From: a virus
IMG/VR virus record: IMGVR_UViG_3300008952_000030
Location: 12,426-76,425 of that record
Strand: one strand, 5' to 3'
Length of the DNA stretch: 64,000 nt
The first letter of the stretch is position 1. The number at the start of each line of letters is the position of its first letter. Positions 54,267 to 64,000 of this stretch are shown here, piece after piece. Below the pieces are notes generated by a model. The model had not been told where the DNA came from and did not search any database. It saw nothing but the letters and a program-made list of their open reading frames with translations. The position numbers were made by a program, and so were the translations under genes.

Positions 54267-54893
54267 TCAAGTGTTTTTTAAAACTTTCTTAGCAATTGCC
54301 TTAACTGCCATTCTTTCGTTTCTAGAAAGCTTCTTATATGTTTCGAGCCCTTCGCCGAACGTGAAGGGACGGTTTCTAACCTTTGTCATAAATTCTTTTT
54401 CTCTTCCGAAGTCGCGCTCTCCGACTTCTATCTTGTTTCCATAACCAGGAAACTCCGAATTGTTGGTGCCTATCAGGTAAGCTCCCTTTGCTCCTTTCGG
54501 AATTATCAAAACAGAATCCTGGCAGTATTTTTCTCCCAAAGTTGTTATAGAGTTTGCAAAGCTAGGATCCTCTTCAAGGTTTACCACAAACATGCTGTCC
54601 TCGCTAACCTCAAAAGCCTCCGGAGTGTTAAAATTCTCAATGTATGATCCTTTTGCTTTTGTAACTCCGTAACCCAAAGACAACAGTGCTGCCTTTAAAT
54701 CACGATTGCGTGAAAGATTTGTGTCCTCTTCCCCTGGCGTGTCTGAACGCTCTGTGCACTTAGAAAAGTCCTTTATATCGCCTCGAAAAGCCGTTATAAC
54801 TGCTGTTTCTCGCTCTTCCATGTGCTTGTGAACCCTAGATAGAGAAGATTCAGAAATGAACTTTCTCCATATGCCTATAACCTCTTCCATCAT
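54267..54893 (-). CDS. conserved hypothetical phage protein with leader
   Basis: WRKFISESSLSRV...ITAFRG...LGEKYCQDSVL. Confidence 0.7.
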   Translation of the reverse strand: MMEEVIGIWRKFISESSLSRVHKHMEERETAVITAFRGDIKDFSKCTERSDTPGEEDTNLSRNRDLKAALLSLGYGVTKAKGSYIENFNTPEAFEVSEDSMFVVNLEEDPSFANSITTLGEKYCQDSVLIIPKGAKGAYLIGTNNSEFPGYGNKIEVGERDFGREKEFMTKVRNRPFTFGEGLETYKKLSRNERMAVKAIAKKVLKNT

Positions 54894-54894
54894 A

Positions 54895-55194
54895 TCACTT
54901 AATTCCTTCTAATTCAAGATATTCCTTTATTTTTGATAACGTGTCTAATTCCCTCTCGATATCGATATGACGAATCTTGTCAATTCGATAATTCGTCTTG
55001 TAGATATCTGAGTTGTCGTTTCTTAACTTGTTTGTGTTCTCTGTTGCCATCTCATATGGTTTATCATTGAACCACTTAACCCTAGCGTAAGTCCACGGGA
55101 CAGTCAAGCCTTCGTCTCTTTCCTCGAGGGACGTTACTACACCGTATCTTCTAATTCCATGCCACTCGTTATACACCACTTCGCCAATATTCAT
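54895..55194 (-). CDS. SH3/KOW-like protein
   Basis: MNIGEVV...YGVV...ARVKW. Confidence 0.6.
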   Translation of the reverse strand: MNIGEVVYNEWHGIRRYGVVTSLEERDEGLTVPWTYARVKWFNDKPYEMATENTNKLRNDNSDIYKTNYRIDKIRHIDIERELDTLSKIKEYLELEGIK

Positions 55195-55742
55195 AAACTC
55201 TCTCTTTCTATTCTTGTTGCTTCTATATTATCAAACCAAACAACAATATCTTTTGTTCCTTGGTTTATTCGGTAATAGACACCCTTATATCTCTTCGCAT
55301 CTTCATCCCTTATCGGGGTAAAGTATTCTGGATAGAGTCCAGGCTTATCCTCTTTCGCAAGAGACTTCAAAACTTTGTCCAAATTGGGCACCACCATTCC
55401 TGATGCTTTTTTCGACTTATGTAGTAAATCTTCCGGATCTTCAACCAAATCATATATGTCAGAAGCTGGAACCTTAACAGAGTAAAGGTTGTTTTTCGAA
55501 CCTGCCACAACAGTTTCTAAATGTGATGGATCTAAATAAAAGAACACTCTTGGAAAAGAAGAAACATTATAGTCATTTTTACTATAAGACATTCTTGCGC
55601 TTCGAAACTTTTCCGGGTCTAATGGTATTACATCCATGTCTCTACCTGAAAAACGAAACAGCTCTATCTCCCCTGCTTCAATATACTTCTCTATCTCCTC
55701 TTTGAGTAAGAACTTTTGCCAGTTGTTGTGTATTGTATCCAT
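55191..55742 (-). CDS. putative virion protein with leader; possible ADP-ribosyltransferase-like fold
   Basis: NNWQKFLLKEE leader; LFRFS...RVFFYLD...LYSVKV...IYDL...YKGVYY...IVVWF. Confidence 0.5.
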   Translation of the reverse strand: MDTIHNNWQKFLLKEEIEKYIEAGEIELFRFSGRDMDVIPLDPEKFRSARMSYSKNDYNVSSFPRVFFYLDPSHLETVVAGSKNNLYSVKVPASDIYDLVEDPEDLLHKSKKASGMVVPNLDKVLKSLAKEDKPGLYPEYFTPIRDEDAKRYKGVYYRINQGTKDIVVWFDNIEATRIERESL

Positions 55743-55755
55743 ACTATAATTACCT

Positions 55756-57624
55756 CTAAAGAAACTTTATTTCGCAACTTCCGCCGGCGCATGCTGCTTC
55801 GCCAGCCAAATCCGTATTATCTTCTTCTTCTGTTATTTTTGTTAAGTCGACTCCACTGAGGGACGCCATCAGAGCGTCGTAACGTTCCACTGAGCAATCT
55901 TCGAACGGAGCCTGCTTATAGTTGCCCCCATCATAAGGAAGGACAGAAAGCCCAGTGTATGACTCTCTGTTTTCCCACATCCACTCTCCAACGTCTGTCC
56001 ATTCAGAATCCTTAAGAGAAATAGTCGCCGAAACATTGTGATTGTTCGGTCCTCTGCCGCCGCCGGGAAAAACCCAGTTTTCCGTAACACGCTTTACCCT
56101 CTTAAGCAATTGCAGAGCAGACTCTGCTCTAAGGATAGCCCCCTCTGGGGCTTTTTGCGGGACGGAGATGACTGCAGTATCGTGAGGACGAAAGTATTCG
56201 TCTTCCACCAGCTCTGGGTGACTTCTAGCCAAAAATGAATATATAGGCTCGTTCTTTCCCACGCGGATTCTCCTGATGTAATAATCGTTATGCCAGGCGT
56301 GAATACCGCTCGATGTTCCAAGCACTAACGATGTTGTACCTGCCGGTTTTACACACGTAGTTCTAGCAGCTGGAGATATTTCAATGAGCTTCGCCACTCT
56401 GACATTCTCCTTCTTTACCACAGCTGCCGCAGCCTTCATGTCAAGCTCCAAGACAGTTCCAGATGCGATGCCAGTCATGCTGACGCCCAATAAGGCGTCC
56501 TTATCTGTGTTAACCTGCCACACGGGGCGTAAATAGTGAAAGTCAGTATACCCAGCTTGCAATGTTCCGATGAAAGAGGCAACTCGAGCACGCTCTTCAA
56601 AATCTTTCTGATTTTCTATCTCGCTAACGTTAATTTCTGTCAAGTTACAAAACTGGCAAGATCTCAGAGATATCTCATGGCACGGATTAAATCCTCTTTC
56701 TTTGTCATTCGTAAAAGAGAATCCTGGTTCGCCAGCGCCGGAGGCTTGAATTCTCTCCCACAGGCTCATGAAGGTTTCTTTTGTTATTCTATGTCGCAGA
56801 ATAACCACCGAATTGTTAGCCCTGCCTCTTTGCGGATTCTTCTCCCACCAGTTTCCAGTCTTAGCAGCTATCATCTCACTATCGTCTGCTGAAAATAAGG
56901 ATATCATTGCTGCTCTGCGAATTCCACCTGCAAGAACTGCATCCGCCACATGACACATGATATCATGCGCCTCAATGGGCTCGAGCTTTTGTCCGTTTTC
57001 CTTGTTTTCTAAAATTCCCTTAATTTTCAGCAAACACTCCTTGAGAGGCTGTGGGCCGGGGGCTTTGCCTCCAGAAGTAACAAGCCTCTCCCCTTTCTGC
57101 CTGATATCCCCGTAGTCAAAGCGAACATGACTACTCCTATAACCATAGTAGGTTTCCATCAAAACCTTTACGGCGTCGGCCCAGCCTTCAATACTGTCTT
57201 GAATGAGATACCGGTACGTTCTACTTGAAGTTGGCTTTCTAATCTCTGGCAACTTCTCTATGTGATGCTTTTGTACAGAAAATCCGACTCCGGTGCCGCC
57301 GAGTAGCAAGAACATCGCCTCACTAAAAGCTCGATAATCGTCTAACGCGACAAAAGCACAGTTGAAAATTCTTGAAGGGTTAATCTCTATTGGCTTGCCA
57401 CCAAACTGCATTGAACGCATAGATGGAAGAACTTTCTTATCATAAACCAACTTGTATGCCTTGCGAATCTGAAGTTCTAAGCCCGGATACTTTTTAAGGT
57501 GCATATTCATATTCCTAGTCACCAATTCATTCCAAGTCTCTCTTCTGTTTTCTTTAGGCAAAAACCTTGCATATTTCATATGCACAGTAATGTCGGATAA
57601 AATTTCATTAGATAGCTCTTTCAT
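55756..57624 (-). CDS. nrdJ: class II (adenosylcobalamin) ribonucleotide reductase
   Basis: IFNC, GGTGVGFS, NPCHEISL, CNLTE, TTCVKPAGT, C-terminal ACAGGSCE. Confidence 0.92.
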   Translation of the reverse strand: MKELSNEILSDITVHMKYARFLPKENRRETWNELVTRNMNMHLKKYPGLELQIRKAYKLVYDKKVLPSMRSMQFGGKPIEINPSRIFNCAFVALDDYRAFSEAMFLLLGGTGVGFSVQKHHIEKLPEIRKPTSSRTYRYLIQDSIEGWADAVKVLMETYYGYRSSHVRFDYGDIRQKGERLVTSGGKAPGPQPLKECLLKIKGILENKENGQKLEPIEAHDIMCHVADAVLAGGIRRAAMISLFSADDSEMIAAKTGNWWEKNPQRGRANNSVVILRHRITKETFMSLWERIQASGAGEPGFSFTNDKERGFNPCHEISLRSCQFCNLTEINVSEIENQKDFEERARVASFIGTLQAGYTDFHYLRPVWQVNTDKDALLGVSMTGIASGTVLELDMKAAAAVVKKENVRVAKLIEISPAARTTCVKPAGTTSLVLGTSSGIHAWHNDYYIRRIRVGKNEPIYSFLARSHPELVEDEYFRPHDTAVISVPQKAPEGAILRAESALQLLKRVKRVTENWVFPGGGRGPNNHNVSATISLKDSEWTDVGEWMWENRESYTGLSVLPYDGGNYKQAPFEDCSVERYDALMASLSGVDLTKITEEEDNTDLAGEAACAGGSCEIKFL

Positions 57625-57627
57625 TTC

Positions 57628-59001
57628 TCACGTTCCCCCTTTTTTAAAGTCCTTATATTTCTCTTTCAACAATTCCATCTGGTGTTTCGCTGCTTTTTCC
57701 ACAATATCATTTACTGTCTCATCTGTAGGTGGTAAAACCTTGATTTTTACGTTACTAGTGTCCATAAATATTGGATGTATAATTCCATCTGGACCGTTCC
57801 TGTTTTTTGCTACAAAAATCCTACCACCGTTAGTGCCCTTATCTTTAATCGTTCTCGAAACAGTAAATATAAAATCAGCAACGAAGCATTTATTAAATGC
57901 TTCGGAGATTGACTCCATAGTTATAACTTCGGCGTTAAGTCCGGATCGATTGGTTTGGGAAGCTGTCCAAATGGGGCACTCATAAATCTGCGCTAAACCT
58001 CGTAACTCTTCATAAATAGTTTCCAGCTGATGTCTTTTCTCATCTTTTGATGAAGAAGCTGGTTTTATTAAATCTCCGTAATCTACGATTATTAAATCAG
58101 GCTCGAAGCCTCTAAGTTTCATCTTTTCTAAGTGATTTTTTATCGTTTGAATGGACGCTGAGCGGGTTGGATACTCCTTTACTATCAGTTTTCCTTCAAT
58201 TTCTTGAATCTCCTCGTACACCTTCTCTTTAAATGCTCTCAAGTCTGACAATCCAATGCCAGTGATAGCACTGTCGTATCTGTTTGCCACAACTGTGTCC
58301 GCCAACTCCAAAGTATAGTGGATAACGTTCTTTCCCTGTTTGAGAGCTTGGGCTCCGAGATGCACAAGAACCATACTCTTTCCGGCGCCGGTGGGAGCAA
58401 TGACGACTCCAAGTTCGCCTTTGCCCAGTCCACCCTTTGTGATTTCATCCAATTCTTTCCATCCGAAAGAGACTGGATTTCTTACCTTCAGCTCGAAACG
58501 CTTCTCGAAATCCAGAAAGTAATCATATCCAAAGTTATTATCGCTTCCAAGCTTAATAGCATCATTGATAACCTTGCTTATCTCTTCAAAGGACGAACGC
58601 TTAATCAGGCTTACCGACTTGATCATGGCTTCCTTCAACTTCTGCTTTCTACAAAAGTCAAGAGCCTGATCCTTAATATACTCTGAGCCCTCTACCTCAA
58701 GACGAGTTGAGATGACTCTAGTGTAGTAATCCCTAATGCGAATGCGAATAGGTTCGGACTCCTCTTTGAGTTCCGTACGCAAAAGAGACAACATAATTTT
58801 TTGTGTTGGCTGGACATTGTACTTGTCCCTGTAGTTTCGAATGAGCCCAACAAACGTTCGGAGGTATTTAAGCTCTAAAAAATTTGTGTCGAACACTTCG
58901 AACATCTGATCTGCAAAAGGACGATCCGTCAGCATTAGCTGACACAAGTCCTCTTGAAACGACTTCCCGAATTTGGAAAAGTCTTCCCGCTCATTTTTCA
59001 T
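57628..59001 (-). CDS. DnaB/gp41-like replicative helicase
   Basis: APTGAGKS, YTLEL, IIVDYGD, WTASQTNRSG, KNRNG. Confidence 0.93.
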   Translation of the reverse strand: MKNEREDFSKFGKSFQEDLCQLMLTDRPFADQMFEVFDTNFLELKYLRTFVGLIRNYRDKYNVQPTQKIMLSLLRTELKEESEPIRIRIRDYYTRVISTRLEVEGSEYIKDQALDFCRKQKLKEAMIKSVSLIKRSSFEEISKVINDAIKLGSDNNFGYDYFLDFEKRFELKVRNPVSFGWKELDEITKGGLGKGELGVVIAPTGAGKSMVLVHLGAQALKQGKNVIHYTLELADTVVANRYDSAITGIGLSDLRAFKEKVYEEIQEIEGKLIVKEYPTRSASIQTIKNHLEKMKLRGFEPDLIIVDYGDLIKPASSSKDEKRHQLETIYEELRGLAQIYECPIWTASQTNRSGLNAEVITMESISEAFNKCFVADFIFTVSRTIKDKGTNGGRIFVAKNRNGPDGIIHPIFMDTSNVKIKVLPPTDETVNDIVEKAAKHQMELLKEKYKDFKKGGT

Positions 59002-59050
59002 GATTTTTCCTTAATTGAATGTCTTATTCTAACTTATATCGCAGAAAAAA

Positions 59051-60016
59051 TCAAGCACTTTTTCTGTAATCTGACACAAACCTGTTAAACGCTACAAACA
59101 AGTCTGTTAAAGATACTTCCCCTATTCCATCCTTGTGCATCTCTGCTCTCAAGCCGCTCTTATTAAACTCTGGTTCAAAACCCTCCATCACCTCTCTAAT
59201 CCTGTTGTGCGTCTGCACAGGCAAAGAAGGGGAGTAAAGCTGCATTAGCTTGTAGTTCTGCTCAATGAGCTTCCGCTCTGCCACTACGGAGTGGTGCACC
59301 TTTAGGGGCGACTCTTGCTCTTGACAAGTCTCAACCAAATCATTCAAGTAGTAAGTCTTCCCTTCGGAAAGGAAGGGAAACCTCTTTGCAACAGTGCCTA
59401 AACCGACACCCTTAAGTCCAGCGAGGTTATCACTAGAATCCCCAACAATAGCTCTCGCAAGAGCGAAATTAGTTGGATGAATGCCATACTCTTCAATTAC
59501 CGCTTTCTTGTTCAACACTTGCTTTTGAGTGGGGCGATACAATATCGTCTTATCATCCAGTAGCTGAATAAAGTCTTTGTCAGACGACACGATTACCTTC
59601 TGGTGTTCCTGCATCGATGGATGTTGCACTATCGCTGCAATGACATCATCCGCTTCAACATGAGGTTCCAAAAACTGAATCACAGGCGTTTGATTCAGGT
59701 ACTCCAGTACTCTGACTTGCTGCCATGTTTTGTTTTCTTCCTCTTCCTGTTCCGTCATGTTACGGATATCACGGTTTAGGCGCAAAGGCTTCCTGCCTGC
59801 CTTGTAATTCTTATTAACTGTCTTTCTTCGCGCGGATCCACCTTCGCCGTCCCACACAACAAAAATCTTGTCTGGTTTAATCTCTCTTGTCAGTTTGTTG
59901 AGGATTTTAAGAAATCCCTTCGAGCCGCCGATGGGCTGTCCATTCGACGACATGCTTGGATCAACTATGTACGATCTCAAAAACTGGTTTAATGCATCTA
60001 CTACCATTATTCTCAT
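59051..60016 (-). CDS. 5'-3' flap exonuclease (PolI N-terminal / T4 RNase H-like)
   Basis: VVDALN, YKAGR, EADD, SSDKDF, GDSSDN..GLKGVG. Confidence 0.93.
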   Translation of the reverse strand: MRIMVVDALNQFLRSYIVDPSMSSNGQPIGGSKGFLKILNKLTREIKPDKIFVVWDGEGGSARRKTVNKNYKAGRKPLRLNRDIRNMTEQEEEENKTWQQVRVLEYLNQTPVIQFLEPHVEADDVIAAIVQHPSMQEHQKVIVSSDKDFIQLLDDKTILYRPTQKQVLNKKAVIEEYGIHPTNFALARAIVGDSSDNLAGLKGVGLGTVAKRFPFLSEGKTYYLNDLVETCQEQESPLKVHHSVVAERKLIEQNYKLMQLYSPSLPVQTHNRIREVMEGFEPEFNKSGLRAEMHKDGIGEVSLTDLFVAFNRFVSDYRKSA

Positions 60017-60035
60017 ATTTATACTCCTAAAATAA

Positions 60036-60077
60036 AACCACCTCTGGTAGAATACCAGAGGTGGTTGAAAAAGTCAA
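60036..60077 (-). promoter_or_regulatory. 14-bp perfect hairpin (recA terminator) overlapping a sigma70 promoter
   Basis: aaccacctctggta-gaa-taccagaggtggtt followed by a T-rich tract; TTGACT-17-TATTCT. Confidence 0.7.
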
Positions 60078-60095
60078 GAACTTTGAGCGGGATTA

Positions 60096-61223
60096 TTAGT
60101 CCTTGACTTCAGTCTCTTCAGCTTCGTAAAAGTCGGAAGCTTTTCCAGTTCTATCGGAAAATTTCTTAATAACGTCTTCATCAATAATCTGCAAGACTCT
60201 GTTCGAAAACTTTTCGTCTTCCAGCTTCTTTAACCAGCCTTTACGCTGAAATTTCTCCTCTGTCCCATCTTCATGAACGAGCGCAAACCAAGCGCCTGCT
60301 TGTTTAAGGTTTTCAGAAATTTGAATGGCGTCAAACCAGCTTTCTTTATCCTGAACGCCGATATCTCCATTATCTCCCCACAAAATCTTAAAATTACACG
60401 TTCTGCCAGCAGTGCCGAAACGAGATTTTTCAATCTTCGCCTTCACCTCTGAGCCAATGCGGAACCCGTTTTCGTCCTTCACGAATGACGCCTTTGCCTT
60501 TCTGCCCGTCAACCACACTCTCAAAGAGTAGGAGTACGGCAAAGACTTTCCTCCCGGCGTCATGTAAGGCGTTGTTAGTGCCTCAGATGGCGAACGAGTA
60601 ATATTTGTCTTCAGTTGATTGAGAACCAGCAAAGTTGCATCTGCATTGGCAATCGGAACAACCAACTTGGACATCCCCTTAGACAAGATTCTTGCCTTCT
60701 TACCAACTTCTGCGTTGGGATTAAAGTCTCCCGCAATATCTGACACCGATGGCGTTAACGCCAGCGAGTCCCAAATAAACAAAAGCTGATTACCAGTAGA
60801 CAACAAGTCCTCAATCGTCTCAAGTACAAACTCAACAGACTGAGCTTGTGTATACAAAAGCCTGTCTAAGTCGCAACCTGCGCGCTCTAGAAAGTCAGGA
60901 TCAATTGCAGATTCGGAATCAAAGTAAACAACGTCAATTCCCATCTTTTGGGCGTTCGCAGCTACTTGAGCCGCCATAAAACTCTTACCAGTTGACTCCA
61001 GTCCAGCAATCTCTGATATCTTGCCTACTGGAATGCCTGCAAGCTTGCCCTTGCATGTAATGGAATCTAGCCAGCGTGAGCCAGTTGGAATCCAGTCCTT
61101 TACAGCTGTCGGGTTGTCTTCCTTAAGACTGTATGCAACAGTGGAGCCCGCTCTCTTGTTGACAAGAGACTTCATCTGTTCAAACGAAACCTTGCCAGTC
61201 TTAATTTTGGTTATTTTTGCCAC
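60096..61223 (-). CDS. recA: RecA/UvsX-like recombinase
   Basis: IPTGS, GLESTGKS, FDSE, IWDSL, LNQLK, TPGGK. Confidence 0.92.
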   Translation of the reverse strand: MAKITKIKTGKVSFEQMKSLVNKRAGSTVAYSLKEDNPTAVKDWIPTGSRWLDSITCKGKLAGIPVGKISEIAGLESTGKSFMAAQVAANAQKMGIDVVYFDSESAIDPDFLERAGCDLDRLLYTQAQSVEFVLETIEDLLSTGNQLLFIWDSLALTPSVSDIAGDFNPNAEVGKKARILSKGMSKLVVPIANADATLLVLNQLKTNITRSPSEALTTPYMTPGGKSLPYSYSLRVWLTGRKAKASFVKDENGFRIGSEVKAKIEKSRFGTAGRTCNFKILWGDNGDIGVQDKESWFDAIQISENLKQAGAWFALVHEDGTEEKFQRKGWLKKLEDEKFSNRVLQIIDEDVIKKFSDRTGKASDFYEAEETEVKD

Positions 61224-61293
61224 CGTTTTCTCCTAGAGTTGTTCAACAATATGTGAGACACCTGTAACCCCGTGCCTCCCTGCGGACAGTACT

Positions 61294-62061
61294 TTAACTG
61301 TTGAGCAAATCGTTGAATGCTGCCTCAACAGCATCCGTTCCACCCGTTGTCGTAGTAGTCGTAGTGGTAGTGTTACCAAAACGCTCGACTTCTCCGGTGC
61401 CACCGTCAGTAGACAGGAAGGTATCCAAAAGCTGATTTACCTCATCTGTCGTCTTGCGCTCGAAGAGATTTTCGAAGTTCGGAACAGTCTCAAGCAACTC
61501 CGCACAACGCTCTTCGCCGCCAACGTTATCATCGCACAACACCGTCTTACGAGGACGTGGGCGAATGTCAGTCGTCGGGAAAGACGCGCCAGGAGCCTTA
61601 CCATACATAATCTTAAGATCGTTTCCATCATCTGGATCGGTGATATCACCATAGTCGGGATCCAAAACAATGTTCAGGAGCTTCTGGTAGGCTGTCTTGC
61701 CATATCCCCAAACTCGCACACCTTCGTTCTCTTCGCCGCGAACCAAGACAGGAGAAAAGAAGCGCTGCTTTGCAAACATATCCTTTGCAAGCCTCTTACT
61801 CTCTTCTGTGCCTTCATTCCACAACTTGTTACCAAAATCGCAAACAGGACATGCATCGCCGAAGTTACGCTTCGGACAAAGGAACCCTCCTTTTGCTACA
61901 TTGTAGTGGAACCAGCGCTCCTTAAAGGGATCGCCATCTGCTGTCGGAACGATACGAAGGTTGTTCTCTCCATCATTCGGACGCCAAAAAACTTTCTTGC
62001 CTCCATCCTTGCCTTGCAAAGTGTTCAGCTTCTGTTTCATCTTCTCAATATCAATAGCCAT
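61294..62061 (-). CDS. gp32-like single-stranded DNA-binding protein
   Basis: FWRP...LRIVP...FHY...CP...CPVC...YGDITDPDDGNDL; acidic/hydrophobic tail. Confidence 0.85.
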   Translation of the reverse strand: MAIDIEKMKQKLNTLQGKDGGKKVFWRPNDGENNLRIVPTADGDPFKERWFHYNVAKGGFLCPKRNFGDACPVCDFGNKLWNEGTEESKRLAKDMFAKQRFFSPVLVRGEENEGVRVWGYGKTAYQKLLNIVLDPDYGDITDPDDGNDLKIMYGKAPGASFPTTDIRPRPRKTVLCDDNVGGEERCAELLETVPNFENLFERKTTDEVNQLLDTFLSTDGGTGEVERFGNTTTTTTTTTGGTDAVEAAFNDLLNS

Positions 62062-62129
62062 TTTGTTCTCCTTATTTTTTTGCTCAATGGGCTAAAGCAA
62101 GTCGGCAAATTTCCCGACTAACTGCAACT

Positions 62130-62158
62130 ATTATATGACATCCACTTTCAGATGTCAA
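62130..62158 (-). promoter_or_regulatory. perfect consensus sigma70 promoter for the SSB gene
   Basis: TTGACA-17-TATAAT. Confidence 0.85.
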
Positions 62159-62166
62159 GGACTTTT

Positions 62167-63018
62167 TTAACTTTTTTCGATTTCTTGAATTCTGGAAGAA
62201 TGAGCCACCATATACACATATTCATCTTCATAATCTGTCGCGAATATGCCGTAACTCACTTTTATATTATCTGTTTTTCTAGATTTTACTTGATCTACGA
62301 TTTTTCTAAAGAGGTGCACCTCAGTCTCCAGCTTGCTCTTAGGTATACCATAATAGTACTTGATTTCTCTCATATTGTCAAGAGGAAAAAACAATTTTTC
62401 TTCTCCTGTGTGAAAATCGACAAAACCATAAGTAGAAATTTTCGCTGAAGGCACAGGGCGAGAAAAAGTGTCAGATACTGACTTTGTGTTATTGAAGACG
62501 TTAATCATGTGAACTGTCGATATCAACATCTCGTTTAAGCTATCGTGATAGTTCATTATCGTTATGTTTTCCACCATCTTCTCCAACTCCATGTTGGATA
62601 TCATATATATTCTGTTGAGAGCGCCAGATCTGGCATACTGCTGCAGAACATTTCTGGTAACCTTTTCTTGCAGGGTTTTAGACTCCCCCATCAAATCAAT
62701 TTCTGGGTATATGTACAAAACTTGAATATTACACCCCTTCTTCACTAGCCTCTCCATCAAAACCAGCGATATCCCAGATGTGGTGCTGGCGCCACAAAGG
62801 ATAATCAATACCTCTTCGTCTGAGACTCCTCTGAAGAAATTACCAGTCTTAACGTCGTAGTTTTCATACTCTTCGGGAGACTCATATACTGGAAGCTTTA
62901 AATACTTTTTCTCTTTTATGTCTTCAGAATCAACTTTGAGAACCTTGTATTGTGTGTAGTTTTCAAATTTTCTAGCTATATTGCACCCGACAGTGCCGAT
63001 GCCAATTATCGTTTGCAT
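62167..63018 (-). CDS. divergent tubulin/FtsZ (PhuZ-like) protein
   Basis: IIGIGTVGCNIA, degenerate signature CGASTTSG, IYP...E, MISN. Confidence 0.7.
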   Translation of the reverse strand: MQTIIGIGTVGCNIARKFENYTQYKVLKVDSEDIKEKKYLKLPVYESPEEYENYDVKTGNFFRGVSDEEVLIILCGASTTSGISLVLMERLVKKGCNIQVLYIYPEIDLMGESKTLQEKVTRNVLQQYARSGALNRIYMISNMELEKMVENITIMNYHDSLNEMLISTVHMINVFNNTKSVSDTFSRPVPSAKISTYGFVDFHTGEEKLFFPLDNMREIKYYYGIPKSKLETEVHLFRKIVDQVKSRKTDNIKVSYGIFATDYEDEYVYMVAHSSRIQEIEKS

Positions 63019-64000
63019 GACATCTCCTTAAGGTTCCCGTAATCTTTGCCTGCACTGATATTTGCTTTAAAGTTGCCGAATCTGGTGTTCTCAAACAGCT
63101 CAACAATAGGCAAAAGACTCTTAAATTCGCTAGCCTTAAAGTCCAGAACCACAGAGTCATGAACCGTAAAAGCGATGTTTGTTTCCTTGTCTGACAAGTA
63201 CTCAAATATCTTCAATGCATTTTCCAAAACCAAGTCGTTTGTCGTTGACTGAATCAAGTAATTTAGAGAATGGTGCTTATCTGCTGCCATGTCTCTTCCG
63301 TATGGAGTCGTAACAGTTTCTCCATCCCAAAAATCATCTGACACGTTTCTATCATAATATTTTTCTATCATTTCGTCTCGCGCAGTGGGATTGTAGAGCC
63401 ATGCAAAAAATCTCTCTTTCATTTCATTTCGCGAGATTGTTCCATTGGCTACGTTGCTCACATTCCACTGGTGTATATCCCCTTCTGGCTGCTCTTTGCC
63501 TGAAAGAGCCAACAATGTTCTGATTTCTGCACCGTTATAATCCAGCTCCACAAACAAGTCATTTTTAGGCTTGACAACGCAGCGATGTTCTTTATCCATC
63601 GTCAATATCGGAAAGTATCCCTTTACGTTTGTCAGGCGTCCCGTTTTAGAACCAAACATATTATATCGCACATAGGGGCTAATTTTTACCAGTTTTTGTG
63701 AAAAGCTCCTTGTTTTAATTTGATGTAACTTTTTGTTTAGAGCTTTTGCGTCTATACTGAGCTTTTGGTTTCCTATCGTTTCTATCATTTCATGCACAGA
63801 TGAAAGGAAATCATAATTTCTCTGCTTTTCACATACCTCGAGCGCATGTTTCGTTATTTCGTTCCTAATCCCATAATAATCAAGCAGAAACTTATCCGGC
63901 ACCATGTCAAAAAAACAGTTCTCTTCAAGAGAAACCTTCGCATGAGAAAAAGAGCGAAAAAAGGCACGCATCTTGTTTTCTGCCGAAGCCCATTCGTCCC
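63006..64000 (-). CDS. family A DNA polymerase-like protein (5' end outside the window)
   Basis: TGRL, motif A ELDYNGAE, motif B RNEMKERFFAWLY, NYLIQS, motif C VHDS; frame open to the window edge. Confidence 0.85.
   Translation of the reverse strand, partial: DEWASAENKMRAFFRSFSHAKVSLEENCFFDMVPDKFLLDYYGIRNEITKHALEVCEKQRNYDFLSSVHEMIETIGNQKLSIDAKALNKKLHQIKTRSFSQKLVKISPYVRYNMFGSKTGRLTNVKGYFPILTMDKEHRCVVKPKNDLFVELDYNGAEIRTLLALSGKEQPEGDIHQWNVSNVANGTISRNEMKERFFAWLYNPTARDEMIEKYYDRNVSDDFWDGETVTTPYGRDMAADKHHSLNYLIQSTTNDLVLENALKIFEYLSDKETNIAFTVHDSVVLDFKASEFKSLLPIVELFENTRFGNFKANISAGKDYGNLKEMSCKR

Noticed and set aside
43758-59001. Inteins or introns in dnaE, nrdJ or the helicase
   Set aside because: The ORFs are continuous and of normal length, with no intein or homing-endonuclease motifs seen.

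Overview
This window looks like part of a large (jumbo-type) dsDNA phage genome. Essentially every credible gene is on the minus strand, genes are tightly packed and the standard genetic code fits. In transcription order (64 kb to 1 kb) it holds: (i) a replication and nucleotide module (PolA-like polymerase running off the window, tubulin/PhuZ-like protein, gp32-like SSB, RecA/UvsX, 5'-3' exonuclease, DnaB-like helicase, class II RNR, ThyX, DnaE, dUTPase, IMPDH/GMPR); (ii) a chaperone and protease set (GroEL, GroES-like, DnaK, ClpP, FKBP, glutaredoxin); (iii) a candidate restriction-modification pair; (iv) an accessory region (about 27 to 7 kb) with three tRNAs, a MoxR/VWA pair, many consensus sigma70 promoters and most of the roughly 27 small 'KVGDLV' SH3/KOW-like genes; (v) a block (6.7 to 0.2 kb) of probable late or virion genes sharing an N-terminal leader and an ACTANTTA upstream motif. 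The most striking observation is a gene-cassette array. Small, internally unrelated SH3/KOW-like genes are joined by a conserved DNA junction repeat of up to 30 bp (minus strand GAGGTTATCAGTGAAAGTCGGTGATTTGGT). The repeat encodes the end and stop of one gene (EVISESR*) and the Shine-Dalgarno, start and N-terminus of the next (MKVGDLV), and all eight measured repeat periods are 1 mod 3. A CglF/GltF-like protein and Cys-repeat VWA lipoproteins suggest a Myxococcota-like host (inference). All family assignments come from motif recognition by eye; no searches were run.
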